This document shows positions 18,063 to 25,057 of a stretch of 45,308 bases of DNA, in pieces; position 1 is the first letter of the stretch; each line of letters opens with the position of its first letter. A program made the position numbers and the translations under genes. Location: assembly GCA_021828045.1 (NCBI GenBank), contig JAKATI010000004.1, positions 1 through 45,308 of the forward strand, given 5' to 3'. This DNA comes from Pseudomonadota bacterium. GTDB taxonomy: Bacteria > Pseudomonadota > Gammaproteobacteria > JAKAQQ01. The notes under the pieces are model-generated. The model had not been told where the DNA came from and searched no databases. It saw nothing but the letters and a program-made list of their open reading frames with translations.

Positions 18063-19508
18063 ATGAAGACGCGAGCGACCCCCACAAGCGTACATCCCGG
18101 ACACCACCTCATTCTGGCCGTGATTCTGGTTCTTGTGACCCTCGCATTCCCCCGACCGGCCCACGCCATCCCGAGTTATGCCCGGCAGACAGGCTGGTCC
18201 TGTTCGGTTTGCCACACGATCTTTCCGCAACTCACGCCGATCGGCCGGCTGTTCAAGCTGGGGGGCTATACCACCGCCAATTTGGCTGGCATGCAACAGC
18301 TCCGTCAGAAGCTCCGGCGGATGGCACCTTTGGCACTGGACCGGGATCCACCACTATCAATCATGATCCAAGCGTCGGACTCGTTCATCCAGGGGGGGGA
18401 TGCCAACCAATTCGGCTCGGGCGGGACCACGGGTCAGGGGTCTGTCGAATTTCCAGAGCAGGTGAGCCTCTTCTATGCCGGGCGGATCGCGAGCCACATC
18501 GGCGCATTCTTCCACCTCACGTACACGCATAGCGGCGCTTTCGGGCAGGATGATTCCGACATCCGTTGGGCGGAACACGAGAACGAGCCGGATGGCAGCA
18601 CTCTCATCTACGGCATCGACATCAACAACACACCGACCGAACCGGATCCCTGGAATTCGGTGCCCGACTGGAACTGGCCGTTTTACACCTCCAACTACTC
18701 ACCGCTTCGGGATATCCCGGCACCGTACGTCGTCCAAGCCAGTGGTGCCAGCGAACCGGTCGCCGGACTCGGCGGATATCTAGCCTATCTTTTCGGCCGG
18801 GGACAGGATCACTGGCTTTACCTTGAAGCGGATCTCTACCGGTCCGGCGTCGGGATCGGCGCTGGCACAAACCAAGTCTACGGCCCCTATACTTTCGGCC
18901 CGATCCGGAACATTGCCCCCTATCTCCGGATTGCCTTCGAACAGAACTATGCAGCCTGGAACTGGGAGGTGGGCGCACTCGGCATGGATACCAACGTGTA
19001 CCCGACGACCGTCGCCTCCGGTGCGAGCGACCGTCTTCTCGACTACGGACTCGATAGCCAGGTCCAGTACCTGGGGCTGAGCGGCGACCAGATCTGGACG
19101 GCGCATGTGAGCTGGATCGGGGAAAACCAGTACTGGGAACCGGTTCCGTCGATCGGTTTCAAGCCACATGCGGAAGACACACTCGATACGGTCAATGTCA
19201 ACGGCCAGTACCTGCTCAAGCACCGCTATGGTGCCGGCTTGGGTTACTTCTGGGTCTGGGGCAACCCGGATCTCGCGCTTTACGGACCCGTGACCGGCAA
19301 TCCCGCAGGACTCGTGAGTGCCAATGGAAGTCCCGACACAAACGGGTTCATCCTCGAACTGGACTACCTCGAGGCCCAGAACGTGGAGCTTTCGCTACAA
19401 TACACCGGCTTCAATCAATATCTGGGGGCCAGCTCGGACTACAACGGCCAAGGCCGGAATGCGTCCAGCAACAACTTCCTCTCCCTCCTCATGTGGCTGG
19501 CGTTCTAG
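18063..19508 (+). CDS. cyc2: Cyc2-family outer-membrane cytochrome c-porin fusion (candidate Fe(II) oxidase)
   Basis: Signal ...AHA then IPSYARQTGWSCSVCHTIFPQLTPIGRLFKLGGY, the Cyc2 N-terminal signature; about 400 aa of beta-strand-patterned sequence; C-terminal Phe. Confidence 0.92.
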   Translation: MKTRATPTSVHPGHHLILAVILVLVTLAFPRPAHAIPSYARQTGWSCSVCHTIFPQLTPIGRLFKLGGYTTANLAGMQQLRQKLRRMAPLALDRDPPLSIMIQASDSFIQGGDANQFGSGGTTGQGSVEFPEQVSLFYAGRIASHIGAFFHLTYTHSGAFGQDDSDIRWAEHENEPDGSTLIYGIDINNTPTEPDPWNSVPDWNWPFYTSNYSPLRDIPAPYVVQASGASEPVAGLGGYLAYLFGRGQDHWLYLEADLYRSGVGIGAGTNQVYGPYTFGPIRNIAPYLRIAFEQNYAAWNWEVGALGMDTNVYPTTVASGASDRLLDYGLDSQVQYLGLSGDQIWTAHVSWIGENQYWEPVPSIGFKPHAEDTLDTVNVNGQYLLKHRYGAGLGYFWVWGNPDLALYGPVTGNPAGLVSANGSPDTNGFILELDYLEAQNVELSLQYTGFNQYLGASSDYNGQGRNASSNNFLSLLMWLAF

Positions 19509-19769
19509 GAGGCACGGAGACATGACGATCTCATCCCACCCGAGGACCATTTACCCATCCAAGTAGACTGACGGAACCCTACGTCCGTACCGAGCCCCGG
19601 GACCGGGGTACTTCTCACTTCTTCGTGCGGTTGGACATGTCGGAGTGGCGGGTGCAGCACATCTGTCTCCTCCGGAGATCACCCACCGAGGTGAACAAGA
19701 TGCAGGCATCAAGGGCCGCCCTCGGTGACAACCGCGTCGCATCCAGACCGGACCAGACCTTCCAGACGT

Positions 19770-19965
19770 AATTCTTCTGCTCCGTGGCGAGGCACAGCCT
19801 TCCGTGAGCGCATCCCCCTCTTGTAAGTCCATGCCTTCATCGTCGACCACGCACACATTCGCCCAAGACCGATGCTGCCCACGGGCACGACGACCCTCCC
19901 AGGCGGCAAACACATGCTCGACCTGCACACGCACTCGGGACCTCGTGCGATTCCTGCGCCTCCGC
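19770..19965 (-). pseudogene. IS5-family transposase C-terminal remnant
   Basis: RNRTRSRVRVQVEHVFA, then a frameshifted VGSIGLGR...AWTY; matches the IS5 R..VEH.F motif; boundaries approximate. Confidence 0.6.
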
Positions 19966-20033
19966 GGCACTTTGACAAAACTCGTAACCACGATCCGACC
20001 GCTGTTGGGCCTCATCCCCTGTGCAGCCAAATT

Positions 20034-20532
20034 GTCTCTGTTGAATTCCGAGTGGATACGCATCATGGATGGAATACCACCAGAGAACCCGATGAGGAGT
20101 GGCGGTGATGGCGGAAGTGAAGCTCTTTGAGTCCTTGGGGATGGAGACGCCCTGGTTTGTGCGGGAGTGGCCTTTAATGCCACGGACCGGACGTTGGCAT
20201 TGCCGTGGGCTTCAGGACCGGCACACGGTTTTGGGTCACGGGTGAAGTCTCCCGATGGGGCCGTGCGCCAGATTGAACCCGCCTTTGGTGGCCCGCTTCG
20301 TACGCTCTCACCCCGAGGCATCATCGCCTGGATCCAGATGCGTGTCACCAACGGGTCCCCCTGAACGTTCTGAACGGGCTATTCCGGGCCGCCCAGCGCA
20401 AAGCCCGCGGTCACGATCTTCTCCACCATCCGCACCGGATCTTCCTCAAATTCATCGGCACCGAAACCAGGGGGATCCCGTTGGAACTGGCCAAGCACCA
20501 TCTCACCAACCTGCTACCATTCCCAAACAGCC
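20034..20532 (+). mobile_element. Internally deleted, frameshifted ISL3-family element
   Basis: Decayed left end GTCTCTGTTGAATTCCGAGTGG; N-terminal MAEVKLFESLGMETPWFV; C-terminal GIIAWIQMRVTNG...LNGLFRAAQRKARG; right end ...CCAAACAGCC; only about 500 bp. Confidence 0.65.
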
Positions 20533-20550
20533 CCTTGATGGTCCCACAAT

Positions 20551-21651
20551 TTGTACACAGGCGTGACTGCAGGTCCGGAACCTCCGTCTGGCACTATTCC
20601 CTTCGAGGCCCGGGCCGACGGTGGCTTCTGCCGCTGGCTCCTCCAGTCCCGGAGCACGGTCGCGGTCAGCACCTATCAGGCCGGGGTCCTGGCCTTTTTC
20701 TCGTGGAACGGAATGCAAATCTCGGTCTTCCTGCGTCGCTTCGAGAAGGTGATGGGATTGGACTGGGATGGGAATCGACTCGTGGTGGCGACCCGCCATG
20801 CACTCGTGATCCATGCCAACTCCCCGGTCTTGGCCCGCCGGTTCCGCGATAACAACAAATATGATGCCCTTTACCTTCCCAGGGCGAGCTACCACTACCC
20901 GGACCTCCACGTGCATGACGTGGGCCTCGTCCCGGATTCGGTCTGGATGGTCAACACCCGTTTTAACTGCCTTTCCCATCCGAGCGACCGGATGACCTTC
21001 GAACCCATCTGGTTCCCTCCTTTCATCACGGATCTCGTCCCGGAGGACCGCTGCCACCTGAACGGGTTGGCCATGCGGGATGGCAAGCCGGCATTCGTCA
21101 CTGCGATCGCCGAAACGAACACCGCCGGAGAGTGGCGTGACCACAAGGCAAAAGGAGGGATCGTCATCGAGGTCGAGTCACGCGAAATCGTGGCCCGTGA
21201 TTTGTCCATGCCGCACTCACCGCGCTGGCATGAGGGTGCGCTCTATGTGCTGAACTCCGGCTCAGGCGAACTCCTCCGGATCAATCCACAGGATGGATCC
21301 AGGGAGGTCATCTGCCGCCTGACGGGGTACCTCCGGGGGCTCACCTTCCATGGGCCCCATGCGCTGGTCGGCCTGTGCCAGGCACGGGAGACCGCCCTTT
21401 TCGGTGGTGTGCCGGTTGCCGAGACTGGCAAGCGCCTGCTGTGCGGGGTTGCGCTGGTGGATCTCCGTACCGGCCATACCGCAGGTTTCCTGGAGATCAC
21501 CTCGGGCTGCACCGAACTGTTCGACCTCCGGGTGCTCCGGGGAGAGGTTCGACCTGCCATCGTCCACATCGACAGTCCCGATGCGAAAGAGGCCATTGCA
21601 TTGCCCCACACTCATTACTGGTTGCGGCCGGAAAACATCATCAAGGACTGA
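20551..21651 (+). CDS. TIGR03032/DUF4915-like conserved protein
   Basis: STYQAG, YDALYLPR, VNTRFNCL, PEDRCHLNGLA, LSMPHSPRW, GYLRGL; start may be GTG at 20563. Confidence 0.85.
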   Translation: MYTGVTAGPEPPSGTIPFEARADGGFCRWLLQSRSTVAVSTYQAGVLAFFSWNGMQISVFLRRFEKVMGLDWDGNRLVVATRHALVIHANSPVLARRFRDNNKYDALYLPRASYHYPDLHVHDVGLVPDSVWMVNTRFNCLSHPSDRMTFEPIWFPPFITDLVPEDRCHLNGLAMRDGKPAFVTAIAETNTAGEWRDHKAKGGIVIEVESREIVARDLSMPHSPRWHEGALYVLNSGSGELLRINPQDGSREVICRLTGYLRGLTFHGPHALVGLCQARETALFGGVPVAETGKRLLCGVALVDLRTGHTAGFLEITSGCTELFDLRVLRGEVRPAIVHIDSPDAKEAIALPHTHYWLRPENIIKD

Positions 21652-21833
21652 GCCGGGGGAGCGGGGCGAAGTGGCGACCGGACCGACCCGCTCCCGTATA
21701 ATCCTGACAGGGGAGGGGGAGATCCGGTGAATCCTGAAGATCTCAGGTCTCGCAATCGACGAAAATGGGATGACAGCCATCCGCAGAGGGATGGATACAG
21801 TCCGTCCGGACGCAACCGGCGGAAAGTCTCCCG

Positions 21834-22760
21834 ATGAGACTGGTCCGTCGTCTCCGGCGTGGCTGGAAACGCCTCTTGGCGGATCCCGTTCTGGTCGCCA
21901 CAGGCCGGCGGCTTGGACTTTATGCCCGTCTGACCCGCCTGAACCGCCCGATCGGCGCCCTGCTCCTGCTCTGGCCTACACTCTGGTCGCTCTGGCTCGC
22001 GAGCCGGGGGCATCCACCCGCCCGCCTGTTTTTCATCTTCGTGTCGGGAGTCTGGCTGACTCGCAGTGCCGGATGCGCCATCAACGACTTTGCCGACCGT
22101 CACTTCGATGGTCGGGTACCGAGAACACAAAACCGGCCGCTTGCCCAGGGAAGCCTGCACCCCTGGGAGGCTTGGCTGGTTGCACTCCTCCTCGGAATTC
22201 CAGCCGCATTCCTCCTGACCCTCCTGCCGGTCCTCGACCGCTGGCTTGCGCTCATCGGCGTGACGCTCATGGTGAGCTATCCCTTCCTCAAGCGCTGGAT
22301 ATCCCTTCCCCAGCCCTATCTCGGCCTCGCATTCGGGTGGGGGATTCCCATGGCCTGGGTGGCGGCCGGCCGGGAGCTGGATGCCACCGTTGCATTGCTA
22401 TTCGTGGCCAACATCCTCTGGGCCACGGTCTATGACACCTTTTACGCCATGGCGGACCGCCCTTGGGACCGCAGGATCGGGATCCGTTCGACGGCCATCC
22501 TGTTTGGCGAATACGACCGCCTCATCGTGATTTTGCTTCAGCTCCTCCTTCTGCTGGGTCTCTATCTCCTCGGTCGCGATCTCAGGCTGAGCTGGATCTA
22601 CGATACAGGACTCGTGGCTGCCGGATGTTTCGCGATTTACGAGCAGACGCTCGCCTGGAACCGGAGCCCTGAAGGCTGTTTCCGTGCCTTTCTCAACAAC
22701 AACTGGTTTGGCGCTGCGGTTTTCGCTGGAATTATCCTCAATTACACGCTCGTCCACTGA
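21834..22760 (+). CDS. ubiA: 4-hydroxybenzoate octaprenyltransferase
   Basis: RLNRPIGALLLLWP, SAGCAINDFADRHFD, RTQNRPL, YDTFYAMADR..D...GIRSTA. Confidence 0.95.
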   Translation: MRLVRRLRRGWKRLLADPVLVATGRRLGLYARLTRLNRPIGALLLLWPTLWSLWLASRGHPPARLFFIFVSGVWLTRSAGCAINDFADRHFDGRVPRTQNRPLAQGSLHPWEAWLVALLLGIPAAFLLTLLPVLDRWLALIGVTLMVSYPFLKRWISLPQPYLGLAFGWGIPMAWVAAGRELDATVALLFVANILWATVYDTFYAMADRPWDRRIGIRSTAILFGEYDRLIVILLQLLLLLGLYLLGRDLRLSWIYDTGLVAAGCFAIYEQTLAWNRSPEGCFRAFLNNNWFGAAVFAGIILNYTLVH

Positions 22761-22808
22761 ACCCGTAGTGCCGGAAAAGCGTTTCGGCGTGTTAAGATTT
22801 CGGGTAGG

Positions 22809-22897
22809 GGAGAGGTACCGAAGCGGTCATAACGGCGCCGACTCGAAATCGGATGGGCGGCAACGCCACGTGGGTTCGAATCCCACCCTCTCCGCCA
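22809..22897 (+). tRNA. tRNA-Ser(CGA)
   Basis: GGAGAGGTACCGAAGCGG...CCGACTCGAAATCGG...GGTTCGAATCCCACCCTCTCCGCCA; long variable arm. Confidence 0.96.
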
Positions 22898-22964
22898 CTT
22901 GAGAAACCGACCCCTCCCCGACGGCAAAAACTTCCTCTCACAAGTGACCGTCAGGCGGGTTCCG

Positions 22965-23924
22965 TCAGTGTTTTATATTGATGAAGGGTCGTCCCCGAAC
23001 AAGATCCGGGTTCCAGTTCACGGGCCTTTCGGGTGCAGGAGCCGGTGCCGTTACCGATTCGGGACAGAAAGACACCATGCAAGGTGAATAGGCCCCATAT
23101 CCATATCCTCCGAACCCGTAACCATCTCCGTAGCCGTAGGGATAGCCAAACGGTCCATAGCCCGTCGTCCGGCTGTAGAACAGCGAGGCGGAAAGCTCGA
23201 TATGCCGGTTGATCCAGTAGTTGCCTTGTGTGTAGATATACCACTGGTTCATGCCGGGATATCCGAATCCCGGCGTATTATAGGATTGTCCGTTCAAGTA
23301 ACCGGCACTCACGATCACACTGCCCCGGTCGTTGCCGACCGCAAAACCAACGTTATAGCCTTGGGTCACGCCTCCCCAATGACCCGGGGTTTCATAGACC
23401 CCGAGGAAGGCACTCGCCATGGCCGTGGACCAGGTCTGGCTGGTGATGACATTGATCACCCCACCACCGGATGGGCTGGCCGGGACGCCGGGCGGGTCGG
23501 CTGCAGGTGGAAGGACCTCGACCTTGGAGATGGTCGAAGCCGGGATCAGGAGACTCGATCCTACGGGAGTTCCCGAATCCGCGAGCCAGCGATGACCATT
23601 GACGAGAACCAGGGGACGCGGCTGCTCCTCAGTCAAGTGGCGCAGCACAGGAGCTGCGTGTCCGGTCCGGGCCCCATACTCGGAAATCGATTCGAGGAGA
23701 TTGCCCATCGCGATATTGCCGTGCAGCCGGAGTTGCCGAGGGCTCAAGACAATGAGAGAGGGGGCCGGACTCCGCACCGGGAGGCTTCCATGGGGATTCT
23801 GGCCAGCCCCTGGTCCGATCCCGGCACGAGCCTGCGCAAAGACAGGGATCGAGAGAAAACAACTGGCGAAGACGGCGACCCAAGTCCCGGCTTGCCCTCG
23901 TTGCATGCCTTTGTGCTGGCTCAT
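22965..23924 (-). CDS. Short TonB-dependent-receptor-like protein (plug domain, partial barrel, Gly/Tyr-rich tail)
   Basis: Signal peptide; LVLVNGHR, IPASTISKVEVL and GGVINVIT plug motifs; only 319 aa; GGGAGG RBS. Confidence 0.65.
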   Translation of the reverse strand: MSQHKGMQRGQAGTWVAVFASCFLSIPVFAQARAGIGPGAGQNPHGSLPVRSPAPSLIVLSPRQLRLHGNIAMGNLLESISEYGARTGHAAPVLRHLTEEQPRPLVLVNGHRWLADSGTPVGSSLLIPASTISKVEVLPPAADPPGVPASPSGGGVINVITSQTWSTAMASAFLGVYETPGHWGGVTQGYNVGFAVGNDRGSVIVSAGYLNGQSYNTPGFGYPGMNQWYIYTQGNYWINRHIELSASLFYSRTTGYGPFGYPYGYGDGYGFGGYGYGAYSPCMVSFCPESVTAPAPAPERPVNWNPDLVRGRPFINIKH

Positions 23925-24282
23925 TCCGGTAGACCTCCCAAGCGAATGCTGGGAAACCCGCCCAAGAAGGCGGAATACTTATTTTCTACGCCAGCTCGAC
24001 CGAGCTGTCAAGCCATTCTTGCAAGGGTCCGGCCAAGTACTCCTAACTCTATTATTGATATTTTTGACATTGGGGTCGGTCATAAACCGCATGTTTCATC
24101 AGCCGAGCCCCCGACCTGGACCCAGAGGGGGCGCTATCGTGTAGGCCATGAATCCCTCTGGGATGGGGCCCAAAGCAGAGCCGGATTGGGCCACAACCCG
24201 CAGGAACCGATATGGTGGGCTCCAAGTGGTCGGGCCCTTCCAACCCGCCCGGGAACAAACCGCTAAACTATGGGGATCGGGT

Positions 24283-24359
24283 GCGCCCGTAGCTCAGTTG
24301 GATAGAGTACAGCCCTCCGAAGGCTGGGGTCACAGGTTCGAATCCTGTCGGGCGCGCCA
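24283..24359 (+). tRNA. tRNA-Arg(CCG)
   Basis: GCGCCCGTAGCTCAGTTGGATAGAGTACAGCCCTCCGAAGGCTGGGGTCACAGGTTCGAATCCTGTCGGGCGCGCCA. Confidence 0.97.
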
Positions 24360-24411
24360 TTCCTCCTGCATCGGGATATCATGGAACCACGGATCCGGCG
24401 GGAATCTTTGT

Positions 24412-24984
24412 TTATTTCGCGGGACTGGCGCCGGCTCCTTCCTCGCGGGATCGCCGTCGTGACTTCGACGGACTGTCTCCAGCCCCAACCTCCTCGCCCA
24501 TCAGCTGGCGAAGCAGGCTCGATTCCCTTTTGTAGAAGCCTTCGGTATGCAGCGAATCCTCGAGCTTGAGCACCTCATAGTCGAGGTGGTGGACAATCTC
24601 GTGAAGGAGCGTGCGGAGAAAGGTCTTGAACGCAACGACCTGCCGCCGCTGGACCGTCCGCATCCAGAGGGTAATCAGTGGTCGGGCCCTGACCTGATCG
24701 GCCTCGTAGAGACCGTGGAGCTCTCCGTGCGAGTTGGAGGGACGCCGTTCGAGGACCCGCACTCGGACCGGGGGGCTCCCGAACGCATCGTTCAGGAGCT
24801 GGGCAAGCGCTTGGGCTGCCGCTTCCACCGCTGGACGGGATTCGATGGCCAGTGCATTCCGGAGGTTGGTCACGGCCTCGTGAGGAATCGCTCCGGGATC
24901 GAGCGGCAGGGTCTCGATCCGGTTACTCCGGTCGTAGATTTTCCGCTGTCGTGGCGTAAGCCGGTGATAGTAACTGAAAACCAT
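24412..24984 (-). CDS. Hypothetical protein with HExxH zincin motif
   Basis: TLLHEIVHHLD plus a downstream His (SLHTEGF). Confidence 0.7.
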   Translation of the reverse strand: MVFSYYHRLTPRQRKIYDRSNRIETLPLDPGAIPHEAVTNLRNALAIESRPAVEAAAQALAQLLNDAFGSPPVRVRVLERRPSNSHGELHGLYEADQVRARPLITLWMRTVQRRQVVAFKTFLRTLLHEIVHHLDYEVLKLEDSLHTEGFYKRESSLLRQLMGEEVGAGDSPSKSRRRSREEGAGASPAK

Positions 24985-25057
24985 CGGTTTGCCTGAGGCC
25001 GGGGCCTCTTAGAGTGTACCCGGACCCGAACCGCTCGGCTGGCTGCGGAACCCGGGC

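Noticed and set aside
19570-19750. FVRLDMSEW (Clp ATPase-like) and GPGYFSLLRAVGH (cupredoxin-like) in frames downstream of cyc2
   Set aside because: Too short, no flanking similarity, and no Cys ligand; likely chance
19551-20351. The 266-aa ORF as a real gene
   Set aside because: A mosaic reading through IS remnants
23085-23165. Repetitive DNA as a possible CRISPR array or tandem repeat
   Set aside because: It encodes the low-complexity Gly/Tyr tail; I saw no repeat-spacer array or cas gene anywhere in the window
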